From: Candidatus Bathyarchaeota archaeon
GTDB taxonomy: Archaea; Thermoproteota; Bathyarchaeia; Bathyarchaeales; DTEX01
Assembly (NCBI GenBank): GCA_963714275.1
Contig: CAVQNT010000002.1
Location: 480,001-544,000 of the forward strand
Direction of reading: 5' to 3'
Length of the DNA: 64,000 nucleotides
The stretch's first letter is position 1, and the number at the start of each line of letters is the position of its first letter. The position numbers were made by a program, and so were the translations under genes. Under the pieces are notes generated by a model. It ran no database searches and was not told the origin of the DNA. It saw only the letters and a program-made list of their open reading frames with translations. This document shows, in pieces, positions 54,783-64,000 of the stretch.

Positions 54783-55427
54783 TCAAAACATTGTTTTGTT
54801 TATTTTATGAAGGCTCTTTTTGGCTTGGATTACAGTTATTGTTTCGAATGCAACCTTCTGTTCCGCAATTACCGTCGCCTCGAAGCCTTGTTTAATGAAT
54901 TTATCTATTGTTTCATTTACATCAGAAAGTGTAGATTGCACCAGAAGGATTCGTCCATCAAGCTTCAAATGTTCAGGTGCGTGTGCAATGAATCGGTCGA
55001 TGAGTTCTCTGCCTTTCTTTCCGCCTGACCACGCGTAGTCGATCCAGCTGCTGGGCTTCTCATTCTCGGTTGGCAAGTATGGTGCATTAAAAAGAACGAC
55101 ATCGAATAAGGTTTCCTTCCTTAACGGTCCAAACAGGTCTCCCCTTACCACATCAACTCGGTCGGAAACCCCGTTATCTTTGGCATTGAGTTTTGTGCAC
55201 CTAACGGCGTCTGGGCTTACGTCCACAGCAACGACCCTTCTGGCTTTTTTGGTAGAAATGACGGAAAGTATCCCGCATCCTGCGCCTATGTCTAAGACTT
55301 CATCGCCGATTTTGACTGTTAGGTTTTTGGCGAAAAGAAACGTGTCTTCCGCTGGTTCGTAGACGCCGCTGAAGACGGTGAAGGCTGTGTCTTTGAAAAA
55401 CACTTTTTTGTTGTCAGATTTTGCCAC
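54783..55427 (-). CDS. HemK2/Mtq2-type release-factor glutamine methyltransferase
   Basis: VYEPAEDT, DIGAGCG, FNAPY, WSGG..GR. Confidence 0.88.
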   Translation of the reverse strand: MAKSDNKKVFFKDTAFTVFSGVYEPAEDTFLFAKNLTVKIGDEVLDIGAGCGILSVISTKKARRVVAVDVSPDAVRCTKLNAKDNGVSDRVDVVRGDLFGPLRKETLFDVVLFNAPYLPTENEKPSSWIDYAWSGGKKGRELIDRFIAHAPEHLKLDGRILLVQSTLSDVNETIDKFIKQGFEATVIAEQKVAFETITVIQAKKSLHKINKTMF

Positions 55428-55606
55428 CGGGTACGCCTCGATGTATCAATTGTTGATTATTTGATTAATATTCTATGGGATGATTGATGCTTATCAAACG
55501 CTTCATTGGTATATTTCTGTCTTGGTGATGATAACAAAAGGTATTTGTAATCCTCGTTTCTTTTATTGTCGATAAATAATTAGCTCTCCTGAAAGGGTTT
55601 TTGTAA

Positions 55607-56235
55607 ATGGAAGGGAATGGACACAAGTTCCTGTACGTGAATCCAGAAAAATGCTTAGGTTGTTCGCTGTGTGAGTACGCTTGTTCTTTAGAGAAGACTG
55701 AGGAATTTAATCCCCTAACATCTAGGATTCGGGTTGTTCGCATACACCCTTTCGTAAACGTCGCATTAACGTGCAAAATGTGTGACAACCCGCCTTGCGT
55801 GAAGGCGTGCCCCACGGAATGTCTGTCCCAGACAAAGGAATCAGGCGTAATTAACGTTGACAACGAAAAATGCACCGGATGCCGCTGGTGCATCGAAGCC
55901 TGCCCATACGGCGCCATACAGTACGACGAAGACACGGGCGCTGTGGCAATCTGCGACCTTTGTGACGGAAAACCAGAATGCATAGACATCTGTCCCACTG
56001 AAGCAATCGATTTTTCATCGTCAGATGAGGAAGTTAAGATAAAGTGGGCTGGAGCCCAAAAAGCTGGACAGAAGAATCAAAGAAGTTCATGCGCATGGCA
56101 GAAGGTGAAAAAATAGACATTTTCGCTGATTCCACCAAAAACATGGAGAAAATAGAAGAAAAGCTCGAATTACTATGCCAGAAAAAAACGCAGATAAATG
56201 AAGCAAAAAAACATCAAAACCCTTCATGTACATAA
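55607..56235 (+). CDS. 4x[4Fe-4S] ferredoxin-like protein, frameshift near 56055
   Basis: CLGCSLC, CKMC...C...CP, CTGCRWC...CP, CDLC...C...CP. Confidence 0.85.
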
Positions 56236-56365
56236 AACATGTTGCTGAGTGCCAGAAAGAAAACACATAGCTCGCTGCAGCAAACATTAAGCCCTTTACA
56301 AAGATGAATGGTGAGCAAATTTTATAGAACAGAAAGATATATTGTGGGCTGTAAACCAGCGAAAT

Positions 56366-56443
56366 GGGGTCGTCGGCTAGCTTGGTTTAGGCTCCGAGCT
56401 TCGGGCGTTCGGGACCCTGGTTCAAATCCGGGCGACCCCACCA
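56366..56443 (+). tRNA. tRNA-Pro(CGG)
   Basis: GGGGTCG...CGACCCC-A-CCA, anticodon loop TT-CGG-GC, GGTTCAAATCC. Confidence 0.95.
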
Positions 56444-56616
56444 GTCTTCATTTTAGATTATAGTTTACATGGTTCTATCTGCATTAACCTAGATACATAG
56501 ATGGTTGCAGCTGTTGAAAACAGAATGGACGAAAGATAAAATGGCAAGATTAGTCGAGCTAACAATTTGGAAATATGCTGGCTTATTTGCCATTAAAAAA
56601 AGGTGGTTTAGTTAAT

Positions 56617-57474
56617 CTATTTTTCGAGGTATTTTTTGGTCATTTGTTTGAGGAATTTTAGTCCTTCTGAGGCTAAGGCATCTGCGCTTGGTGCCATCTT
56701 CCGCCATATCGCTGTTGAGGCGGCGATTTTTTCCATGTCCATCGTGAAGGATTCCACGACTATCCATCGGTCGTATTTTACCTCTGACAACGCTCGGAAC
56801 ACGCCGTCCCAGTCAACGTGCCCGGTTCCCGCCATTCCCCGATCGCTCTCGCAGCAATGCATGTGCCAAAGCATGGAACCAACATCCTTTATGGGCTGGT
56901 AGAAGTCTTTCTCTTCGATGTTCATGTGGAACGTGTCCAAGTGAACCTTAATGTTGGGTTCGCCTACGGCTTTCGCCAACTTCACAGCGTCAGCCGCCGT
57001 GTTGAGGAAGTAAGTCTCGAACCTGTTCACGGGCTCCAACCCAAACGTCACCCCGTATTTGCTGGCGTATCGGCACACTTCCTTCAGCGACTCCACGCTG
57101 TGCTTCCATTCGGTTTCGGTTCTGGGTTTACCCGTTATTTTTCCCCAAGAAGTGTAGATGACGCCGTTTATTGAGTCGCCACCGAGCTCTGAGATGGCTT
57201 CTACGCAACGTTTCATGAATTCGACGCCCCGTTTCCTAGTTGTTTCGTCTCCGCTGGTTATGTCCTTGTCCAAAGGCAACCCCAATGAGCCTATGCCTAC
57301 AACGTCGTGGCGCTTTAGTTCCTTCTTCGTCTTTTCGATGTCGATGGCTTCAAGTTCCGTCAAAGGAATTTCGACACCGTCAAAACCCATGTCCTTGATT
57401 TTTTTAATGAGCTTCAAGGCAGGGACGTCTAACCTTTCAGCCCACAAATAAAGGTGCACGCCAAATTTTACCAT
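56617..57474 (-). CDS. D-psicose/D-tagatose 3-epimerase-family protein
   Basis: GFDGVE, LEPVNRFET, LDTFHMNIEE, H..ESDRG..G.G..DW, VESF. Confidence 0.88.
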   Translation of the reverse strand: MVKFGVHLYLWAERLDVPALKLIKKIKDMGFDGVEIPLTELEAIDIEKTKKELKRHDVVGIGSLGLPLDKDITSGDETTRKRGVEFMKRCVEAISELGGDSINGVIYTSWGKITGKPRTETEWKHSVESLKEVCRYASKYGVTFGLEPVNRFETYFLNTAADAVKLAKAVGEPNIKVHLDTFHMNIEEKDFYQPIKDVGSMLWHMHCCESDRGMAGTGHVDWDGVFRALSEVKYDRWIVVESFTMDMEKIAASTAIWRKMAPSADALASEGLKFLKQMTKKYLEK

Positions 57475-57569
57475 GCCTCAGAATATGTTTAACGATGTGA
57501 TATAAGTTTTCCCTTAACCCGTAATGGAGTAGATAAAAAAAATATACTATGGTTTTCTGTCAAAATTTT

Positions 57570-58529
57570 TTAGAATTTCTTGAGCAGCGAAGCCAGTTTT
57601 CGTGTGTTTCCCAAAATTCCGTAGTAATCCTCAATCATCTCCTGTATTTCCTGTCTCAATTGTGTCTGTGCAGCTTCAACATTCCCAGTCTTCCGCATTT
57701 CCTTCTCGAAAACTTGACGAATAGCTGTGCCAATGTTGATTTTTGTGACGCCGTTTCTTATGCCCGAGAGGACGCTTTCTCGTTCTATGCCTGAACCACC
57801 GTGAAGAACAATGGGCACGTTCGTGGCTGAAACAATCTTCCGAAGATGGTCAACGTTGAGTCGCGCGTTCAACTTCTTCTCGTCCTTCGCTGCCCCACTG
57901 ATAGCTCCATGAATGTTACCGATGGCTACGGAAAGCCAGTCCACGCCCGTCTCCTCCACGAACCTTTTCGCCTCCCCAGGGTCAGTGAATCCCCTGCCTG
58001 AACGGAAAAGCTCCTCGTAAGGGGGCAACGGTCCCTTCTCGTGCCCGTAGACAGCGCCAAGCTCAGCCTCAACAGGAACCTGTTTTGCGTGAGCCATCTC
58101 GACCACTTTTCTGGTAACATCAATGTTTTCTTCGAGACTCAGCCTAGACCCATCAATCATCACTGAGTCGAACCCGAGACTAAGCGCCTCCCGCATCATA
58201 GCATTCCAGTTCACACGGTCGCCATCCTCGTTAACGACCGGAACATGGTCCAGATGAAGCCTAGAAAAAGCCCTCTCCCCATATTTAGTGTATTCCCGTT
58301 TCACTGCGCTAAGGCTTTGTGCGCCAAACTTTTCCAAGTCCGGAAGCGCCACCTCGAGAAGACCAAAACACTCAAGTTCTCTAAGCGTCGCCACAATCGG
58401 TTCTACCATTGGTAAATAGGCAACGTTGAAGGCAGGAACCAGAATGCGAGTATTGAAGGCTCCACGCATCACTTCATCCAATGTAGACTCGAGAAGCACC
58501 CTTTCAAAGTCCAAATTTGAACGGTCCAT
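57570..58529 (-). CDS. Class II fructose/tagatose-bisphosphate aldolase
   Basis: HLDH, SVMIDGS, EAELG, GNIHG, LHGGSG, KINIGT. Confidence 0.9.
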   Translation of the reverse strand: MDRSNLDFERVLLESTLDEVMRGAFNTRILVPAFNVAYLPMVEPIVATLRELECFGLLEVALPDLEKFGAQSLSAVKREYTKYGERAFSRLHLDHVPVVNEDGDRVNWNAMMREALSLGFDSVMIDGSRLSLEENIDVTRKVVEMAHAKQVPVEAELGAVYGHEKGPLPPYEELFRSGRGFTDPGEAKRFVEETGVDWLSVAIGNIHGAISGAAKDEKKLNARLNVDHLRKIVSATNVPIVLHGGSGIERESVLSGIRNGVTKINIGTAIRQVFEKEMRKTGNVEAAQTQLRQEIQEMIEDYYGILGNTRKLASLLKKF

Positions 58530-58704
58530 ATAGGTTTCCCGTTTCTCTTTATAGGAGATTCGTCCAATAAAATTATTGTCCACTATTCCGTTTCAGGGAC
58601 ATCATTTTTTGGGACCTTTCAACGTTCGATTAATTATTAGCTCCTTGGGGAAACTCTCATTAGCACCGTGAAACATATTTTGGCTCGTTTCTGGAGGAAA
58701 ACGT

Positions 58705-60222
58705 ATGGGCTCCTTCCTCGTGGGCGTCGACCTCGGAACCTCAGCGTGCAAAACAGTAATCTTCAACACCGAAGGCAAGAAGGTTTCGGAAGCCCAACAA
58801 GAATACCCCGTTTACCACCCTCAACCGAAATGGGCTGAGCAGAACCCCCGAGAATGGTGGAATGCTGCTGTCGAAACAGTGAAGAAAAGCCTAAAGAAAG
58901 CAGGCATCCGAGAGGACGAGATAGCAGGATTGGCAGTTGACTCCCAGAGAGAGGCGGTTGTGCCCATAAACAAAAAAGGCGAAGAACTTTACAACAGCAT
59001 CATCTGGCTTGATAACCGCACTGCTCCACAGGCTCGCAGAATACATGATCTAATACCTCAAGAAAAGGTTCTGTCAGAAACTGGTGTGCCGATTAGCCCC
59101 ATTTACTCAGCAGCCAAGATTATGTGGCTCAGAGACAACGTTCCCGAAGTCTACGAAAAAACCGCTTGCTTCCTATGCGCGAAGGACTACATCGTCTACA
59201 GGCTCACGGGTGAAGCTGCGACGGATTACTCGATGGCTTCCCGAACCATGCTCTTCAATGTCACAAAAAAAGCGTGGTCAACCGAAATATGCTCAACCCT
59301 AGGCATATCAGTCGAGAAGCTTCCTCCAGTGAAGGAATCCGTGGCTGTCATCGGCGAAGTCTCAGTTAAAGCTTCACACGAAACTGGCTTACCGAAGGGG
59401 CTTCAGGTGGTAAATGGTGGCGGAGACCGACCGTGCGAATGCCTCGGTGCTGGTGTAACTCAGTCGGGTTTGGTTAACACGGGAACAGGTACAGGTTCAG
59501 TATTCGAGGTTCCTCTGGATAAACCTGCGATTGACAAGCAAGGAAGGGTCCCATGTTGTGTTCACGTGATTCCAGACATGTGGGAGTACGAGGTCATCAT
59601 CGCAACCACAGGCGCAACTTTACGGTGGTTCAGAGACACGTTCGGTGGCGAAGAAAAGGCTCAGGCACAAAGACATAACTTAGACCCGTATGATTTGCTT
59701 ACGGAAAAAGCTGAAAAAACAAGATTAGGCGCAGATGGACTCTTTTTCTACCCGTACTTAGCTGGGATTTTTCTACCAAAATACGACGAGAAGGCAAGGG
59801 GAGTCTTCTTCGGCATCAACCTATCGCATGAAAAAGGGCACTTCGTACGAGCGATTCTTGAGGGAGTCGCCTTCCAATACCTTGAAACTTTAACGCTTCT
59901 GGGCGAACTCGGAGTAAAGGTCAATGAACTCAGCATGGTAGGTGGCGAAACCCGAAGTTCGCTTTGGAATCAGATTAAGGCTGATGTTTGTGGCAGAAGA
60001 ATCCGAATACCCGAAGTTGACGACGCTGCGGCATTGGGAGCTGCCCTCCTTGCGGGAACCGGAGTAGGACAATACACGAACCTAAGAAAGGCAGCTGAAG
60101 AAACAGTCAAAAACAAAAACGTTTTCACGCCGAACCCAGAAAACCATGGGCTGTACGCTGAGGCTTACAGAAACTACAGAATCGTCTATTCGCAGGTCGA
60201 AAAGGGTTTCATGGTTTATTAA
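58705..60222 (+). CDS. FGGY-family sugar kinase (xylulokinase-like)
   Basis: GVDLGTS, WLDNR, GGGD, RAILEGVAF. Confidence 0.9.
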   Translation: MGSFLVGVDLGTSACKTVIFNTEGKKVSEAQQEYPVYHPQPKWAEQNPREWWNAAVETVKKSLKKAGIREDEIAGLAVDSQREAVVPINKKGEELYNSIIWLDNRTAPQARRIHDLIPQEKVLSETGVPISPIYSAAKIMWLRDNVPEVYEKTACFLCAKDYIVYRLTGEAATDYSMASRTMLFNVTKKAWSTEICSTLGISVEKLPPVKESVAVIGEVSVKASHETGLPKGLQVVNGGGDRPCECLGAGVTQSGLVNTGTGTGSVFEVPLDKPAIDKQGRVPCCVHVIPDMWEYEVIIATTGATLRWFRDTFGGEEKAQAQRHNLDPYDLLTEKAEKTRLGADGLFFYPYLAGIFLPKYDEKARGVFFGINLSHEKGHFVRAILEGVAFQYLETLTLLGELGVKVNELSMVGGETRSSLWNQIKADVCGRRIRIPEVDDAAALGAALLAGTGVGQYTNLRKAAEETVKNKNVFTPNPENHGLYAEAYRNYRIVYSQVEKGFMVY

Positions 60223-60233
60223 CTTCGTTGATG

Positions 60234-61429
60234 CTATGGCAATGTTGTTTTAAATTTTTTGTCAGAATTCAGACTGTTTGTTTGGAATTTTTCGCGTGCT
60301 ACCTTTAGCCCTGCGCCTTTCTGGAATTTGTACGCTTGGTTGACTAAGGCGTTTTCGAGCGCATCAATTGTTTGTAGGGTTTCATCTTCTGCTATGATGC
60401 CCATGCAGCCAATACGGAATATGGCGTCTTTCAGTTTTCCTGCGCCTGGCGAGATTACCACGTTGTACTGTTCGTCCATGATTTTCCGAACCTTGGCGTT
60501 GTCGACTCCGTCTGGCTTGTTGAACGCGATGACCGTGTTCGACCTAACCTTTCTGTCAGGAAGTGACGATAAACCCAAAGCTTCAACAGCATTATAGAAC
60601 GCTTCACTGCAGGTACGGTGCCGCCTAATGCGGTTTTCGAGCCCTTCCTCGCGTACCATTTTTAGAGCTTCATCCAAAGCGTAGAAAAGTGGTAAAGCTG
60701 GAGTAAAAGGCGTCTCCCTTATTTTACCGAACTCACGCATCTCAATCATGTCGAAATAGAAAGGCTTCTCCACTTTTTCGATGGTTTCCCAAGCCTTCGG
60801 GCTGACCGAGAACAGGGACAAGCCCGGAGGGCAGGCTAAACACTTTTGGCTTGCTGTAACGCATATATCGACTCCCCATTTGTCCACGGGCAGGTCGTCT
60901 CCGCCAAGGTTCGAAACAGCGTCCACGATGAGAAGAAGGTTGTTTTCCTTGGCGATTTCTCCTATTTCGGGAAGTTCGCGGACCGTGACGCCTGTCGAGG
61001 TTTCGTTGTAAACGACGAACATGGTTTTCGTGTCTTTTTCTTTTTTCACAGCTTCACGTATCTGGCTGGCTGTTGGAGCGTTTCCCACCTTGATTGCAGC
61101 TCAACCGCATGTCCGCCCCGTCGCGTAACGGCTTCTTTCGCTCTTTCGCTGAATAACCCAAACACGGGAACGATGACCTTGTCGCCCGGGTTAATGGAGT
61201 TTCCTACGACGCATTCAAGTCCGCCTGTACCTGACACCGTTAAAACATAGACATCGTTTTTAGTTTGGAAAACGTATTTCGCGTTTTTGGCTATCGATTC
61301 GTACATAGCTTTGAACGCTGGTCCCCGATGGTCAATCATCGGCTTAAGCATAGCCTTCATTACGCGGTTAGGAACGTTTGTTGGTCCTGGAACCATGATA
61401 AGCTTTTTTTCGGTCATTCCATCAGCCAT
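60234..61429 (-). CDS. Class V PLP aminotransferase (serine-pyruvate/alanine-glyoxylate type), frameshifted
   Basis: MVPGPT, NETSTG, DAVS, ASQKCL, FRIGCMG. Confidence 0.9.
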
Positions 61430-61586
61430 CGCAAATGTTTAAAACAAGCCAAACATGTACTGTTATGTCATATTAAACCTTAACGCATCTGGAAACTGAT
61501 ATAAAGTAATATATGATGTTAGCCAAAAATGTTGAATTTCGTTTAGGCTTTAGCATATATTCATCTTAAAATCGTGGTGAAGGCAA

Positions 61587-62015
61587 ATGAGCAATGTAAA
61601 CAGCTGGATAAAGTCTCTGCTTGACAACCTCGAAAGCTTAGACAACGAAACAGTTGTAAAGGTTTTGGAGGATTGCGGGCGAAGCTGTTGCCGTTCCAGC
61701 GGTTATTACAAGAAAGCTTTGGACAGCATGAGCAAAGCGAAGGACGTCAACGAGTTCGTGGATAGGCTTGTGAAGGCGTGGAGTCACCTTCATAGAGAAG
61801 GCGAAAATGTCTACGTGGTCTACGACAGATGCTACTGCCCACTGGGTCGTGCACTTCTAAAAGATTATCCCAACCAACTCTCATTATATTGCAACTGCAG
61901 CAGAGGATGGATCAGGGAGATGTTTGAGTCCGCTTTGAAAAAACCCGTGAAGGTTGAGCTCGAAAAATCCATTATACGGGGAGACGACCTTTGTAGGTTC
62001 AAGGTGACACTCTGA
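61587..62015 (+). CDS. Cys-rich small protein (DUF6144/4VR-like)
   Basis: CGRSC, CYCP, YCNCSRG, SIIRGDDLCRF. Confidence 0.7.
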   Translation: MSNVNSWIKSLLDNLESLDNETVVKVLEDCGRSCCRSSGYYKKALDSMSKAKDVNEFVDRLVKAWSHLHREGENVYVVYDRCYCPLGRALLKDYPNQLSLYCNCSRGWIREMFESALKKPVKVELEKSIIRGDDLCRFKVTL

Positions 62016-62040
62016 ATAATGACTGGAAAAGAGGTGTTGA

Positions 62041-62446
62041 ATGATAAAAAAAAGAAACTGAAAGATGGGACATTTCCGTTTGTGGATTGAACTGCGCGAA
62101 ATGCGAAATTTTCTTAGCTGGACACGGCGACGAGGAAGCGATGAAGACGATGCTTGGGTTCTTCAAGGACGTTAAACCCGAGGCTATTGTTTGTGGCGGA
62201 TGCCGAGGTCAACTTGATGTTCACTGGAGCGCTGACTGCAAGTTCCTTGCGTGTACAAAGAAGAAGGGCTTGAAATACTGTTTCGAATGCGCGGAGTTTC
62301 CGTGCGGCGACCTGAAAGCCTTCGCTTCGGATGGACCTCCGCATCACAAGAAGACCATTGAGAACATGAAGAGAATGAAGGAAATCGGAATCGAATCTTG
62401 GCTCATGGAACAAAAGAAAAAGGGGCAATGCGTATTCTGCCCATAA
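62041..62446 (+). CDS. DUF3795-family Cys-rich protein, homopolymer frameshift at the 5' end
   Basis: VCGLNCAKC, CGGCR, C...C, CFECAEFPC. Confidence 0.8.
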
Positions 62447-62481
62447 CCGTCAACCATAAGAATGTTTGATGGGAGTTTGCC

Positions 62482-63291
62482 ATGAAGAGAAAGCTGTTGA
62501 TTACGTTACTTTCTGATTTTGGCTTAAGAGACCCGTATGTCGCAGAAATGAAAGCTGTCATACTGTCCATTTACCCTGACGCATTAATTGTTGACATAAG
62601 CCACGAGATTGAAAAATACGACGTACAGATGGGAGCCTACACGCTGGCCAGAGCTGCACCTTATTTTCCTAAAGGAACAATCCACGTAGCCGTCGTCGAC
62701 CCAGGCGTCGGAACCGAAAGAAGACCCATAATCGTCGAAACCAAACGCAGCTTCTATGTTGGTCCAGACAATGGGCTTTTGATGTTTTCAGCCCAAAAAG
62801 AAGGAATCGTCCACATCTACGAGGTCACAAACCGCAAATACATGCTAAAAATGGTCTCGAAAACGTTTCACGGACGCGACGTCTTTAGTCCTGCAGCCGC
62901 CTACTTGGCTAAAGGAGTCCAAGCGTTGGATTTTGGTCCAGAGGTAAGTAATCCTATTGTGCCAAGCTTTACCAAGACATTGACGCTTGACCGCGAGATA
63001 CGTGGCGAGGTGATTCACGTAGACGAGTTTGGCAACATCGTAACAAACGTCACCGAAGAACATCTTAAGGCAATGGACATTAAAGAAGGTGTACGACTTT
63101 CAGTTACCTTAAAAAACAATGAGGTTTTGGCTAAATTATGTTCAGCCTACGGTGATGTTCCAGCGGATTCTCCTTTGACGGTTATTGGCAGTGGTGGCTT
63201 TCTCGAGGTTGCTGTGAATCGAGGGAACGCTGCTCAGACTTTCGGGATAAAAACTGGAGATAAGGTCATTCTCAAACCTCCATCTGAATGA
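62482..63291 (+). CDS. SAM hydroxide adenosyltransferase / chlorinase-fluorinase family (DUF62)
   Basis: LLSDFG, VVDPGVG, GPDNG, TFHGRDVF, DEFGN. Confidence 0.92.
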   Translation: MKRKLLITLLSDFGLRDPYVAEMKAVILSIYPDALIVDISHEIEKYDVQMGAYTLARAAPYFPKGTIHVAVVDPGVGTERRPIIVETKRSFYVGPDNGLLMFSAQKEGIVHIYEVTNRKYMLKMVSKTFHGRDVFSPAAAYLAKGVQALDFGPEVSNPIVPSFTKTLTLDREIRGEVIHVDEFGNIVTNVTEEHLKAMDIKEGVRLSVTLKNNEVLAKLCSAYGDVPADSPLTVIGSGGFLEVAVNRGNAAQTFGIKTGDKVILKPPSE

Positions 63292-63377
63292 CCAATGTTG
63301 CGGGTTTGCTTTTTGTTCATAACGTCGGCAACCTTATTAAGAATCAAAATGGGATAACAGATGAACGAGCGTGAGCG

Positions 63378-64000
63378 TTGATGTTTGAGCTGGGCGTGAT
63401 AACGGACGAAATCTCGTTGGACATTGAAAAGTCTGTTTCGGTTGCCAAAGATTTAGGTTTAAACTGCATTGAGCTGACGGAGCTGCTGGGACAAAAACGT
63501 GAAGGACCTGACAAACGCCGAGGTACGAAAAATAAAGTACATAGCGGAACGTGCTGGGCTCAAGGTCATCTGTGTCTCTTCGCCGTTTTTTAAGTGCAAC
63601 ATTACGAGCGAGTCTGAGGTTAGGGAACATCTGGGTTTCCTTCCCAGAATAATCGAGATAACGAAGCTTTTTGACGCCAAAATTGTCAGAGGCTTCGCTT
63701 TCTGGTCCGTAAAAGACACGAACCAATACTGGAGCGCCATGATTGGGAAGCTGCGTGAAGCTGCCGACTTGTGCCGCGAAGAAGGCGTGGTTTTAGCCCT
63801 CGAGAACGAGTATTCCACGATTGTGGGAACTGGAAAAGAATCAAGGAAAGCCATCGAAGAGGTCGGTTTGAAAAGTCTTAGGCTGGTTTGGGACCCAGGA
63901 AATGCTTTCTGCGCGGGCGACGTTCCTTACCCAGATGGTTACCTTCAAGCCCGAGACTACATGGTTCACATGCACCTGAAGGACGCCGTCCGCGACAAAG
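63378..64000 (+). CDS. Sugar phosphate isomerase/epimerase (xylose-isomerase-like TIM barrel), frameshifted, 3' truncated by the window
   Basis: GVITDEIS, LALENE, WDPGNA, HMHLKD. Confidence 0.82.

Noticed and set aside
1-64000. More than 20 frameshifted genes read as mass pseudogenisation or programmed frameshifting
   Set aside because: They are single-base indels, often in short homopolymers, and hit essential genes (thrS, aglB) without accompanying nonsense decay. This is most consistent with unpolished long-read consensus.

Overview
Archaeal chromosomal window, most consistent with Bathyarchaeia/TACK. Markers are eS26, Rpo12, Alba, archaeal ThrRS, AglB, an archaeal RNase P RNA, tRNA-Leu(GAG) and tRNA-Pro(CGG); the taxonomy is inferred. 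Many genes, including essential ones, are split by single-base indels that look like long-read consensus errors. Layout: (1) about 0.5-15.4 kb, an accessory region ending at the 3' end of tRNA-Leu, with an AT-rich cargo module, a heterodimeric ABC exporter, a PadR-led triple ABC operon and a decayed VOC gene; (2) 15.6-31.3 kb, an N-glycosylation/sugar-nucleotide locus around aglB; (3) 31-47 kb, housekeeping genes; (4) 47-64 kb, a DUF4838-like gene, RNase P RNA, an NrdD-like fusion and sugar-catabolism genes. Two observations stand out. (a) Two unannotated, inverted, ~40-codon fragments resembling the C-terminal tail of Cas1 each precede an orphan cargo gene, and the two units meet at a microsatellite/G-quadruplex-like axis, which suggests a possible Cas1-linked cassette-capture system. 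(b) A wHTH + ATP-cone + class III ribonucleotide-reductase-fold protein has lost both catalytic cysteines and the glycyl-radical motif, making it a candidate nucleotide-sensing transcription factor built from a dead RNR. All family assignments come from motif recognition by eye; no searches were run.
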